This document shows, in pieces, positions 15,786-25,298 of a stretch of 64,000 nucleotides of DNA. The notes under the pieces are model-generated. The model saw nothing but the letters and a program-made list of their open reading frames with translations, was not told the DNA's origin and searched no databases. The translations under genes and the position numbers were made by a program. Each line of letters starts with the position of its first letter. Within the stretch, counting starts at the first letter, position 1. Location: positions 1-64,000 of IMG/VR virus record IMGVR_UViG_2706796742_000001; one strand, 5' to 3'. The DNA comes from a virus. Taxonomy: Duplodnaviria > Heunggongvirae > Uroviricota > Caudoviricetes.

Positions 15786-17369
15786 CCTATCAAATCCCTT
15801 TCCTTTCCCTTTCCAGAATCTATCCCATACCTTAAAAGGCAATAACTCTATAGCTTACTCTATAGCCCCTTATCAAATTAACTTAAATATAAGCCCATAA
15901 CCCGAAAGGGAAGGGCAACCATTTAAACGCTCTATAAAGCCCTATAACAGCCTTATCAACCCAACTTAAGGGATTGCATTACCTCACCCTTAAAAACCCT
16001 TTATAAAGCTTCTTAGAGCCTTAAAAGAGCCTTAAAAGAATCTTATAAGGGTGTAAGCTTTATCATCTCGTTAGTATCTAGTGAACTACTAGAAAGGGCT
16101 TGATAATACTTAAAAGGTATGCTATGGAAAGCTTAAAAGAGGCTATAAAGTTACGTAAATGCTAGCCCCCTTAACATTTTCTTAACAATTTCTTAACAAT
16201 CCCTACATAGTTATGCTTGTTAGTAACTTGTTAGCCCCTTGTTAAATCTCTGTTAAAACCACGTAAAAGCCTTGTAAGAGCCTTTGGCATAGCCTTTAAA
16301 GCCCCTGAAAAGCCCTATAAAGAGCCTTCTATACAGTTGGGGTGCAATTACTAGGGAGAGACTAAAAGGAGCTTATAAGGGGCTATAAAGGGCTTTTAAA
16401 AGGGCTGTTTAAAAGGTCACTAAGAGAGAAAGGGAACGATAAGAAAAGAGAAGTTGTGTTTGTTAACAACCACTGTGCCCATGTTAACAGCTTGTTAAAA
16501 AGATTAAACACTTGTTAGGAACTTGTTAATTATCTTAACAAAATAACCCTTTAAAATTAACTTGTTAGCTCCTGTTAGTCATCTGTTAAGCATCCGTAAA
16601 GACTATTAAGCACTTGTTAGAAAACTGTTACCCTCTTGTTAAAACTGTTAAGAATCTGTTAATACCTCTGAAGAGATGTTAAAAGGTTGTAAGAACTGTT
16701 AAGAGATTGTTAATGATATTTTAAAATTCTGCAAAGGGGATGTTAAGGGGATGTTAAGGGCTACCAAGCAGATATACATCATGAGGTAGATTCTACCGAA
16801 TCAACTCTACAGATATTTTTGAGTTCCTTCAAAGACCCTAAAAAATGACTTGATAGTCCTATTTTATAAAAATTTTAAAATTCTGAATAATTACCTATAC
16901 AGTCTTTTAAAAATACAGGCATAAACAGGCTTATAAGATACCTTGTTAATACCGTGTTAGACCTTGTGAGATAAGGTCTGTAAAGATATTCCTGTTAAGT
17001 TTGTTAAAACAGTCTATATAGAGGCTTAGTAATACCCAGTGAACACCTATAGAGGGTAACATAGCTAACCTAGAGATTAAGAGGTGTATAGGGGCTTCTA
17101 AGAGGCTATAGAGGGATGGTTAAGGTGATTGTATAGGTTGTTAAGAAGACTTGTTAGAAGAGTGTTTAGAAGGGCTATACAGAGGTGCTATTAAGACCAC
17201 TAGATAGATACTAAGATACTATATAGTACTATATAACTATATATAGAGAGTAAGCTTAAGAAGGATGTTAAGAAGGTTAGATATTTTTATTCACATATGA
17301 TGGTGACCCAGAGGTTGGGACAACCGATAAAATTTTATAAAAATTATAAATTTCGTAAAATTTACTCAA
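15786..17369. repeat. 1.6-kb ORF-free region densely packed with short degenerate repeats, between convergent terminators
   Basis: No ORF of 60 aa or more in any frame; sub-blocks of CCTTAAAAG/CTTATAAG/CTATAAAG (about 15790-16400), YTGTTAR such as CTTGTTAG and CTGTTAAG with at least 18 copies (about 16440-16760), and TATAG/GTTAAG (about 16980-17280). Confidence 0.7.
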
Positions 17370-17400
17370 TAAAAAGCCCCCAAATAAGGAGGCTCTTAAG
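17370..17400 (-). terminator. probable rho-independent terminator closing the minus-strand block
   Basis: On minus strand AGCCTCC-TTATTTG-GGGGCT followed by TTTTT. Confidence 0.45.
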
Positions 17401-17405
17401 ATATT

Positions 17406-17999
17406 TTAAATCAGTGTTTCCAGAACTGTCTTCAGTGATGACTTGGTTGTCTGATAAAAATGAGTAAATCCATTGTTGTTATCAAATATCTGCATCATGA
17501 TATCATCTCCCTTGATTGGGTACACTCGGATATCATAGTGGAACCCATTAAAGACAGCAGAACCATTACAGAATGCACTAAAGTCATCCACTGAGATATA
17601 CTCTTCATGACCTGTGATTTTTATACAAACACCTTTACTCGGTCTCTTAGGGTTGATATCTTCCATCACAGACATACTCTGTCCACCAAGAGATACCATA
17701 GTGACCACTTTACGGTTCTTCTGTCTAAAGTACATTTTAACTTTCTGCAAAGTGTCTTCATAGAACGGATAAGACTTCTCTACAAAGATTCCTTCAAGTG
17801 GCTCTTTACCGTTTACAATACCTCTGGTATGACGTACTGCAAAGATAATTTGTTGGAGCCAGTCAAGATTTTCTTCGGAGAGTGCTTCCCGAATATCATT
17901 CCAGTCAAGGACTAGGTAGTTGCCTTCAACTTCTTTTAAGTTATCTTTTTCCATAGCTATCATACCATTATCGTAAAACTTGGTAATCTGGTACTGCAA
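17406..17999 (-). CDS. hypothetical protein
   Basis: 197-aa ORF, first of a tightly packed minus-strand series. Confidence 0.5.
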   Translation of the reverse strand: MQYQITKFYDNGMIAMEKDNLKEVEGNYLVLDWNDIREALSEENLDWLQQIIFAVRHTRGIVNGKEPLEGIFVEKSYPFYEDTLQKVKMYFRQKNRKVVTMVSLGGQSMSVMEDINPKRPSKGVCIKITGHEEYISVDDFSAFCNGSAVFNGFHYDIRVYPIKGDDIMMQIFDNNNGFTHFYQTTKSSLKTVLETLI

Positions 18000-18432
18000 A
18001 CTTGTTGTTGTTGTTCTTAATGAGGTCTTCTTCTGTTACTAAGAATGTAAGACCACACAAGTGTGTATATCTGCTATCATACTCAAATATTTTAAGTAAG
18101 TATTTACCATCATGGTAGACAGATTCTACTACACCTTTTGCAACAATCTTTCCAGTCTTGAAGTCTTTAAGAGGGTATACGTTACCAACTTTAGGAACTG
18201 TTTTCATCTCAGGTTCTTTTAGTTTCTCACCAGCTTCTACATCACCTAGTAAGTTAGAACTTTCAAAAGCTACATGTTGCATATAAGCTTCTGAGCATTC
18301 CCAGATAAAGCAATGTACAAGAGCCTTAGCAGCATGTCTTGAACAATTCAACTTATCACAAAGCTCTTTGTACATTTCATCTTTAGTTGAGTTATCAAGC
18401 ATTGCTTTTTGAACGACTTCTTTAATTTTCAT
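17968..18432 (-). CDS. hypothetical protein
   Basis: 154-aa ORF, overlapping starts and stops with neighbours. Confidence 0.45.
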   Translation of the reverse strand: MKIKEVVQKAMLDNSTKDEMYKELCDKLNCSRHAAKALVHCFIWECSEAYMQHVAFESSNLLGDVEAGEKLKEPEMKTVPKVGNVYPLKDFKTGKIVAKGVVESVYHDGKYLLKIFEYDSRYTHLCGLTFLVTEEDLIKNNNNKFAVPDYQVLR

Positions 18433-18850
18433 AAGCTCTCCGAATAACCCTATTAAGCATCTCTAAAGTCAGCTTTCCAGATTCTAAATGTGGCATAACA
18501 AGCTTTAAAGCTTTTTCAACATCATGCACAACATCTATTATACCTTCTGCATAGGCTTCTACAAGAATATCTTTTACGCTTTGTGGTTTACCTTTTTGTG
18601 GTATCACTAGACGCATATCAAACTCATTTGCTTGAGGATGGTTCTTACCACGCCAGAAACCGTCCTTATCAAAGGTTATAAAGTTATCCTCATTAAAATT
18701 AATACCACAGACCTCAAATTTGTCTAGCACTATGCAGTAGAGAGGATAAAAATCACTCATATCACTAATTCCAAGAAACTTAACAGTGGTTATATACCTC
18801 TGTGTCTTTACATCTACAATGTCAAGCTCTTTACCTACATACTCTTTCAT
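18422..18850 (-). CDS. hypothetical protein
   Basis: 142-aa ORF. Confidence 0.45.
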   Translation of the reverse strand: MKEYVGKELDIVDVKTQRYITTVKFLGISDMSDFYPLYCIVLDKFEVCGINFNEDNFITFDKDGFWRGKNHPQANEFDMRLVIPQKGKPQSVKDILVEAYAEGIIDVVHDVEKALKLVMPHLESGKLTLEMLNRVIRRAYEN

Positions 18851-18853
18851 TTC

Positions 18854-19126
18854 TTAAACCCTATCAATTTGAAATTCTTCAGGTAACTCAGCAACCACTT
18901 TTAAATAGTAAGCATCAGAGATTGTATGCTCTGTCTCATAGCTACCATTCTTAATCCAGTTATAATTTTCTGGTACTCCATCATCATTACAGAAACCTGA
19001 GTACATAATTGCTCTGTGGATTATATTTTTATTAGAATATGCCACATCTACAATATAGTATGTTTTTTCTTTCCAACCACCTTCGGGTTTACAAATACCT
19101 GAGATACCTTCTAATTCTGGTGTCAT
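18854..19126 (-). CDS. hypothetical protein
   Basis: 90-aa ORF. Confidence 0.45.
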   Translation of the reverse strand: MTPELEGISGICKPEGGWKEKTYYIVDVAYSNKNIIHRAIMYSGFCNDDGVPENYNWIKNGSYETEHTISDAYYLKVVAELPEEFQIDRV

Positions 19127-19179
19127 TTCGCTACCTTCTAAGTTTCTACAAAGGGGCTATCAAGTAACCCCTCAAGTTA

Positions 19180-19404
19180 TTACTCAGACTTTTCAGTCTT
19201 CTTGTCGGATTTCTTACTAGTCTTCTTCTCAGCTTTCTGCTCAGGTTCCTTCTCAGAAGTTTCCTTGATAATCATATCAAGAAGCTCTGATAAGTCACTC
19301 TTCAGTAGAGTAACAGGTTGCTCATTGTAGAAGTTTTTGTCAAGATATTCTTTGAACTCTTCAATAGAAGGAAATCCAAAAATCGGTACAGGTGTCTTAA
19401 TCAT
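19180..19404 (-). CDS. hypothetical protein with Lys/Glu-rich C-terminal tail
   Basis: 74-aa ORF. Confidence 0.4.
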   Translation of the reverse strand: MIKTPVPIFGFPSIEEFKEYLDKNFYNEQPVTLLKSDLSELLDMIIKETSEKEPEQKAEKKTSKKSDKKTEKSE

Positions 19405-19480
19405 TACTTAGTTTCTCCATAAGCATCTTTCAAAATTGCCTTGTTAATCATTTCAGCGATTGCAAAACGAACACATACAG

Positions 19481-20014
19481 CTATAATTGTAGGTTGCATT
19501 CTTTACTTACCTCTTCAAGTTTAACCTCAGAGTCCTTAAGTCGTTTCTTATGAACTCTGAATCTCATTAGTGAGATGATGATACCAACTAAAGGAACAGC
19601 ATACAAGTACCAAACATCATATACCTTTGCAGTAATCTGTGTAATGGTCAAATCTTGAGCTATGGAACTGATTGCTGATACTGCTAGTAATGTTGCTAAG
19701 AAAAATGCCAGTACCATTACCGTACTTAAACAACCTCTGGCATGGTGTTCATGCTTAATACACTTGTTCTTTTCGTCAACAACCCTGTTGTAGTCATTTG
19801 TAAAGTCTCTGTAGAAGGCTTTCAAGTATTCTTGACTGTAGCCTTCAAAGCAACCTGTACCATACCAATAATCACCACCAAAATGTGCTATGATGCCAGT
19901 ATCACCATTTGGTTTGGTTACTCTCAAAGAAGTATGATGACGAGTATCCTGATAATCTATCTTATATCTTTCTTCGTAAATCATTTTCCAACCCCTCTCA
20001 ATCGTTTGTCCCAC
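19481..20014 (-). CDS. membrane protein (two predicted TM helices)
   Basis: Hydrophobic segments VMVLAFFLATLLAVSAI and YAVPLVGIIISLM. Confidence 0.45.
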   Translation of the reverse strand: MGQTIERGWKMIYEERYKIDYQDTRHHTSLRVTKPNGDTGIIAHFGGDYWYGTGCFEGYSQEYLKAFYRDFTNDYNRVVDEKNKCIKHEHHARGCLSTVMVLAFFLATLLAVSAISSIAQDLTITQITAKVYDVWYLYAVPLVGIIISLMRFRVHKKRLKDSEVKLEEVSKECNLQL

Positions 20015-20214
20015 TCAAGGTCAACAAGTCTTTGCAGGACTTTCCCTCTAGGTGTTACACCTTTTAAATCTGCATCGTAGCAACGGTAAAAGTCACCTTC
20101 AGCGTGTTTACCATAGCATTTTCTGATATTCTGACTTCTACGGTATTGTTCTAATAGGGACAGCCTGTAGTAATCTTCAACTGTAGTTAGTTTTTTCATT
20201 CTTTCACCACGCAT
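19981..20214 (-). CDS. hypothetical protein
   Basis: 77-aa ORF. Confidence 0.4.
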   Translation of the reverse strand: MRGERMKKLTTVEDYYRLSLLEQYRRSQNIRKCYGKHAEGDFYRCYDADLKGVTPRGKVLQRLVDLEWDKRLRGVGK

Positions 20215-20282
20215 CTTCTTAAGAAACTAAAAAGGGAACTACCTCTCGATAGCTCCCATCATAGTTAACATTGTATATTTGG

Positions 20283-20864
20283 TCAAGAGTATTTTTTAGG
20301 CAGTAATGCGCTTCTTTTGTTGCTCTCTTCACTCAACAGTGTGATGAAGTCATCACCTTTGCCTTTCCACGGGCTGAATGAAGGGATATGCTCACGAATA
20401 GCTTCAATCACTGTCTTCAGTGCTGTATTTTTCATCCACCAGTCAGAATCTGCTGATGCTACAACATAGTACCCGCCATCATCAGTAAGGATTGGCTCTG
20501 AGATACACGGTGAAATTAGGGTGGTGATAATTGAACCATTGTTCATGTAGTATGTACGCTTCATAACCTTTTCAAGAAGCTTGTGAAGGTCACCAAACAG
20601 TGTTACAAGTTCTTTATGGTCAATATCTTTTTCGAGACTAGCTCGATACTTCAAAAGTGCAGCATCAACTTCTCTGTCATTAAACTTGAAGTACTGGACT
20701 TCATCAACAAGGCAGACACTAATGTTATTAACATTCATAGTCAACTTGCAAACTTTTGCAGGGGAATTGATACTTGGTTGAAAAAGTGCAACACACCCTT
20801 CAATGTTTCCAAAATGTTGGACTAATGTTACTTGTGGGATGATATCCTGTTGCTCTTCGGACAT
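20283..20864 (-). CDS. hypothetical protein
   Basis: 193-aa ORF. Confidence 0.5.
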   Translation of the reverse strand: MSEEQQDIIPQVTLVQHFGNIEGCVALFQPSINSPAKVCKLTMNVNNISVCLVDEVQYFKFNDREVDAALLKYRASLEKDIDHKELVTLFGDLHKLLEKVMKRTYYMNNGSIITTLISPCISEPILTDDGGYYVVASADSDWWMKNTALKTVIEAIREHIPSFSPWKGKGDDFITLLSEESNKRSALLPKKYS

Positions 20865-21208
20865 TACAGTTTCCTCATTAAATACTTTTTAAGTTGTGTG
20901 TTAGGTTTCTCAAAAACTTCTATAGAAGATATCTTGACAGATTCGCCACGCATACCTGTATGTTTGAATATATAGTACTCTAGCATCCCTATATACTTTG
21001 CTGGTAAGTCGTGTTTGACATACACCGTTACAGAATCTTCAAATTCAACAACCTTTGTACCATCTTTGTAGTTAAACTCTTTAGGATGGTCGTAGTTGTC
21101 GATATCGTACATTAAAAAGAGTCTTTTCCGTTGCATGTCAAGCTTATTGGTTAAAGACTCTTTGATATCTGAGAAGTTTTTATAGACCGTTACGTGGAGC
21201 TTACTCAT
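20864..21208 (-). CDS. hypothetical protein
   Basis: 114-aa ORF. Confidence 0.45.
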   Translation of the reverse strand: MSKLHVTVYKNFSDIKESLTNKLDMQRKRLFLMYDIDNYDHPKEFNYKDGTKVVEFEDSVTVYVKHDLPAKYIGMLEYYIFKHTGMRGESVKISSIEVFEKPNTQLKKYLMRKL

Positions 21209-21494
21209 CGTTAAACTCTCTGACGAAGAAATAGTTGACTTTATTATTACCTACCATAAGGTCAAAGCAGGTGTTCTCAAAAGGTTTGTTGTAGGCATCA
21301 TATGAAGTGTACGTATCAGATACTTGTTTAGTGTTGAGCTTTTTACTTGATGGATTTAAGAGGCCACCATACAGTTTCTTGATAGCCTCTTCTACAACAG
21401 ACCAGATGATTTCGTCAGTAATTTCTTCGTACAGGTCAAGTTCACGCTCTAGTGAGAAGTCACAAATAGGGAAAATAACCTGTACTTTACTCAT
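21201..21494 (-). CDS. hypothetical protein
   Basis: 97-aa ORF. Confidence 0.45.
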   Translation of the reverse strand: MSKVQVIFPICDFSLERELDLYEEITDEIIWSVVEEAIKKLYGGLLNPSSKKLNTKQVSDTYTSYDAYNKPFENTCFDLMVGNNKVNYFFVREFNDE

Positions 21495-21904
21495 TAACGG
21501 ATAACCTGTGTGACTTGAATTGCTTCAGTTACGGACAATTCACCTACTTTCTCTTCTTTGATAAAAGTGAAGGTGAGTTCAACAGGTTCTTCCTCTTCTT
21601 CTTCTTCTTCTTGCTCAACTGGAACACCATTAAGCTCATCAAAGATTGATTGGGTTGTCCAGTCTTCACCACCATCTGGGTAGTGGATTGCGTAGAGAGG
21701 GAACTCCCTGTCAAACCAACCAAATACAGGGCAGCCATCTTCATCATCTCGCACTCTATGAAGGGTTCTTCCAGACCCTGTAAAACGAAGGAATAAATCT
21801 CCGTTGCACTTGAATATTACTGCGTCGGCAAAACCAATGTCTTCTCGACCATCATGACCAAATGTGTCCACCTTTACTTGGATATCTCTAACATCTTTAT
21901 TCAT
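21494..21904 (-). CDS. hypothetical protein with poly-Glu tract
   Basis: 136-aa ORF containing EQEEEEEEEEP. Confidence 0.45.
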   Translation of the reverse strand: MNKDVRDIQVKVDTFGHDGREDIGFADAVIFKCNGDLFLRFTGSGRTLHRVRDDEDGCPVFGWFDREFPLYAIHYPDGGEDWTTQSIFDELNGVPVEQEEEEEEEEPVELTFTFIKEEKVGELSVTEAIQVTQVIR

Positions 21905-22295
21905 AAAAACCTCTCTCTGCTTGTTCGATTTTCGCTTTTAGAACTTCACACCGTTCAATGTGATATCTGGCTTCATGTTCATGTGTCGCCAAAGTTCTTT
22001 CAAGAATGGTTTTATAGTAACCTGCAAGTTGCTCTCTTGTCAATGGGTTCTCTGAAATAATATCAAGACCACTTTCACCCAGAGTATTAAACTGTCCATG
22101 TTCATTTACATGATAAGTCTCAAACTTGAATAAACCGTTATTAGCAGCCTCAATAGGTGAGAGTTCAACCAACTCAACGGTGAACATTGTATGCACCCTA
22201 TCACCAACTGTAACAATGTTACTTCCAATGATGCGTACAAGCGAACCATTACGAGTGTACTTAAAAGTCCCAAAGTCACTAGCCCAAAGCTTCAT
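21897..22295 (-). CDS. hypothetical protein
   Basis: 132-aa ORF. Confidence 0.45.
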   Translation of the reverse strand: MKLWASDFGTFKYTRNGSLVRIIGSNIVTVGDRVHTMFTVELVELSPIEAANNGLFKFETYHVNEHGQFNTLGESGLDIISENPLTREQLAGYYKTILERTLATHEHEARYHIERCEVLKAKIEQAERGFYE

Positions 22296-22314
22296 AGTTT
22301 TCTCCTTAGAAAAT

Positions 22315-22336
22315 AAAAAAGGCTCCCGAAGGAGCC
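22315..22336 (-). terminator. rho-independent terminator downstream of endolysin
   Basis: On minus strand GGCTCC-TTCG-GGAGCC followed by TTTTTT. Confidence 0.6.
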
Positions 22337-22346
22337 TATGAAGATA

Positions 22347-22811
22347 TTACTTTGGATATACACTGTCAAGATAAATGTCAGCTTCCATTCTACGTCTGTT
22401 TTTCAGGCCGTTTGAAGTGACCTTCTTACCCTTGACTGTGACCTTGTTCCACCACTGCATAGCTTCTGCACAACCTACCTTATTACCAGCATTGTGGCGC
22501 TTGATAAATGTAGAATCCTGCATAGCTGTGATACCGATGTTGTATGTTTCACTTACAAGTGCATCGAATTCATTCTGAGAAGTTGGAACCTTGATAGCTT
22601 TATTCACTACTGCAACAAACTTCTCAACATCTGCAAGAAGATACTGTTCAGCTTGCTCGGCAGTGATTTTCATACCCATCTTAACAGGTTTTCCGTCAAT
22701 ACGGATTGTACCATACCCAATTGTTGGGATTCCGGCAGAGTCTTCGTAAGCCTCTAACTTCAGACCTTCGAAGAACTTAATAGCCTCTAAACCTTTTCTT
22801 GAGAGTTGCAT
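22347..22811 (-). CDS. endolysin, T4-lysozyme-like (GH24)
   Basis: Motif EGLKLEAYEDSAGIPTIGYGT with catalytic Glu/Asp spacing typical of T4-type lysozymes; terminator downstream on minus strand. Confidence 0.7.
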   Translation of the reverse strand: MQLSRKGLEAIKFFEGLKLEAYEDSAGIPTIGYGTIRIDGKPVKMGMKITAEQAEQYLLADVEKFVAVVNKAIKVPTSQNEFDALVSETYNIGITAMQDSTFIKRHNAGNKVGCAEAMQWWNKVTVKGKKVTSNGLKNRRRMEADIYLDSVYPK

Positions 22812-23443
22812 TATGCCTCCCCTGCTGGGTTAACTGTAACTGTTGCCGCATTAGATGTTACAGAGCCACCTGCACCAGTAACTACACAGGTGTAGCTTCC
22901 TGCATCAGCAGCAGTTGCACCTTCTTTGGTGTAAGTTGCAGAAGTGGCACTAGGGATGTCCTCACCATCTTTCTTCCACTGATAACCAGTGGCATTAGAC
23001 GCAACAACACTTAGAGTAAGCGTTCCACCTTCATTGACTGTTTGGTTTGTTGGTTGCTGAGTGATTGATGGTGGTGTGATGGCATCTTTCAACTTAGCAT
23101 TCAGCATTGAGAACGGTTTAACTCTTGCCAGCCATTCACAGTAAATTGTGTCAACATCTTTACCGTTGATGATTGCATACTGTAAATCCATGAAGAAATC
23201 AGAAGTCCTCATTTGAGCACCAATGCTGTAAAGAAGTTCATCACTGAAAGGAACTTTGTAGTCTGGTTTGTAGTCAAACTTCTCAACCTCTGCAATATCA
23301 GCTTCAGGCCAATACGAACTATAGGTAAGTGGTAAAATAGCCTCTTGATATGTTCTAAAATCATATCTCTTACCAGCCTTTACGTTTGCAACAAAACCTT
23401 TTACAAACTCTTTGAAGTCTGGGTAAGTCTTTGCTTTAATCAT
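22811..23443 (-). CDS. protein with C-terminal Ig-like (Big_2-type) domain
   Basis: C-terminal stretch TLTLSVVASNATGYQWKKDG...GSYTCVVTGAGGSVTSNAATVTV has the Ig-like strand pattern. Confidence 0.45.
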   Translation of the reverse strand: MIKAKTYPDFKEFVKGFVANVKAGKRYDFRTYQEAILPLTYSSYWPEADIAEVEKFDYKPDYKVPFSDELLYSIGAQMRTSDFFMDLQYAIINGKDVDTIYCEWLARVKPFSMLNAKLKDAITPPSITQQPTNQTVNEGGTLTLSVVASNATGYQWKKDGEDIPSATSATYTKEGATAADAGSYTCVVTGAGGSVTSNAATVTVNPAGEA

Positions 23444-23635
23444 TTCTTTTTATCCTCTAAATGTGCGTTTAATCTCAAATAAACTTTATGTAGTGGGACA
23501 CATCACCAACAATGACGCACTTCACTATTTTCACGGAATTGATGTGTAGTTGTGGGAGCAATAAAAGTCTTTTACACTTTTACCTTATGGGGTGTACTTA
23601 TAAACAATTAAAGGGGCATTAGCCCCTGTTTATAC

Positions 23636-24226
23636 TTAAGCTTTGGTCTTAAGTAGGTTCTTAAGTTTTTTGAGATTCATGCTCTCGTCAAACTTAAAAC
23701 CAAATCCATTGACATAATCAATGAACTCGGATTTCTTACTAAGTGATAGCGCGTAACTCATATCGAAGTTATTACTTGTTTCTGCGTCTGGACTAGAGTT
23801 CACATCAAATGAAATCTCTGTAGGCTCTTGCTTGCTACTTCTCATATTATCAATCAATAGACAGGTATAGTTAGCTGGATAGAAGTTAACACTCCCGTCA
23901 ACATACCCATACTTATTATTATGAATAAGGTTTGAAAATACCTTCAGAAATGTTTCTGAGTCGTGGCAGACAAGTTTGAATTGACTGCTTTCACCAAGAG
24001 CTACTAAAGAGTAAGGACTTTCACTATCAATGTCATAGTTTGGATTTGATGTTGTAACCGTTACACGCATCAGGTTATTGGCAATAGTCTTCTGCTTGAA
24101 AGAATTTGGAACATAGTGAAGACCTCTATCACACTGATTAACTAGCTCTTTCAATAGGTCATTTGCATATGGTGAATTAATTGATACAGAGCCATCACTA
24201 TTATAATTAAAACTTACTGTTAACAT
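23636..24226 (-). CDS. hypothetical protein
   Basis: 196-aa ORF. Confidence 0.5.
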   Translation of the reverse strand: MLTVSFNYNSDGSVSINSPYANDLLKELVNQCDRGLHYVPNSFKQKTIANNLMRVTVTTSNPNYDIDSESPYSLVALGESSQFKLVCHDSETFLKVFSNLIHNNKYGYVDGSVNFYPANYTCLLIDNMRSSKQEPTEISFDVNSSPDAETSNNFDMSYALSLSKKSEFIDYVNGFGFKFDESMNLKKLKNLLKTKA

Positions 24227-24453
24227 TTTTCAGTTCTCCTGCGATTTATGATTTTGCTGCAATAGAGAAACGAAGTAAACTCACTGGAAGAAACCATTAA
24301 GTGTTGTTCACTAGATTGAGCCATTGCCCTGAAATACATTCCAGTCAAAGCATCGTAGTGACTATTCTTTCCAATTGAGGTTATATAGCCATGACTCTTT
24401 GCAGTTTTATATAAATCTATAATATCTGCGATTTCTAATTGGGAACTACACAT
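24220..24453 (-). CDS. hypothetical protein
   Basis: 77-aa ORF. Confidence 0.4.
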   Translation of the reverse strand: MCSSQLEIADIIDLYKTAKSHGYITSIGKNSHYDALTGMYFRAMAQSSEQHLMVSSSEFTSFLYCSKIINRRRTEKC

Positions 24454-24617
24454 AGATAATCCTCTTGTCTTCTGTAATTTTGAAAGAACAGGTACAGACC
24501 AATTTCAGAGGATGAATAGTAGAGTAACTCTACCCTTTTTGATTCCTTACAGTGATTGGTATTTTTACCTTTCTTCGGGTTGTTTGATTTTCTCATTAAG
24601 TCTCCTTTGTAGAACAA
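24435..24617 (-). CDS. hypothetical protein (basic)
   Basis: 60-aa ORF, first gene of the leftward block. Confidence 0.35.
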   Translation of the reverse strand: MFYKGDLMRKSNNPKKGKNTNHCKESKRVELLYYSSSEIGLYLFFQNYRRQEDYLCVVPN

Positions 24618-24845
24618 GGCAGACCTACAGCTTTAAGTAAGATGGTACAGTAATCCATACAACAAGTCAAGAACTATTGCAAGTTAAAAAAGTTGTTGAC
24701 AAAGGACTTGACAAGGTGTAGGCTTATAAATACTTAGAAGATAACTTAAAAGGTTCCTCTAAAAAGGCTATTTAAACAGATATCTTTCTGGATATCTATC
24801 TTTTATCTTAAAAGCCTTTTAAGAGGTCTTATAAGAGGCATACCA

Positions 24846-25217
24846 ATGAAAAACAGAACAAACAAAGGCCAGTTTAAAAAAGGCCAGTCTGGAAACCCAT
24901 CTGGAAGACCAAAAGGCTCTCGTAACAAAAGCTCACTCGTAAAAGCTCAACTGACCATTGATAATTCTGCTGAGTTTGCTGCAAAGTTGTTTGAGGCGAT
25001 TGTTACAAGGGACGCTGCTAAGCTTGCAGAGTTCGGTTTGACGACTGACGATGTAAACCTGAAGTCAATGATGGAAGCTGGTAAAACTATCATGACCCAC
25101 TCAGCAGGTGAGATGAAAGCAATTGCAGCAGACACTAAGAAGACTCCTGATAACGGTGGTCAGTCTCAGACAGATAACAAACCAACGTTCTCTGCTGTTG
25201 CAACCCTCAAAAAATAA
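24846..25217 (+). CDS. hypothetical protein with conserved basic Gly-rich N-terminal motif
   Basis: Motif KGQSGNPSGRPKG at the N-terminus. Confidence 0.45.
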   Translation: MKNRTNKGQFKKGQSGNPSGRPKGSRNKSSLVKAQLTIDNSAEFAAKLFEAIVTRDAAKLAEFGLTTDDVNLKSMMEAGKTIMTHSAGEMKAIAADTKKTPDNGGQSQTDNKPTFSAVATLKK

Positions 25218-25229
25218 TTTTAAAAGGTG

Positions 25230-25259
25230 TTGACAGGCTCTACAAAGTTGCTCTAAAGT
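25230..25259 (+). promoter_or_regulatory. sigma70-like promoter upstream of vWA-protein gene
   Basis: TTGACA-N18-TAAAGT preceded by TTTTAAAAGGTG. Confidence 0.45.
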
Positions 25260-25298
25260 CTGTCACATCAAACAACAAATGAGAGAAGAGAGTAAAAT

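Noticed and set aside
15786-17369. Possible CRISPR array in the repeat-dense non-coding region
   Set aside because: Repeat units are only 7-9 bp, degenerate and irregularly spaced, with no 25-40-bp identical repeats separated by unique spacers and no cas genes nearby
24696-24736. Sigma70 promoter in the divergent region before 24846
   Set aside because: Two TTGACA hexamers are present but neither has a convincing -10 hexamer at 16-18 bp spacing
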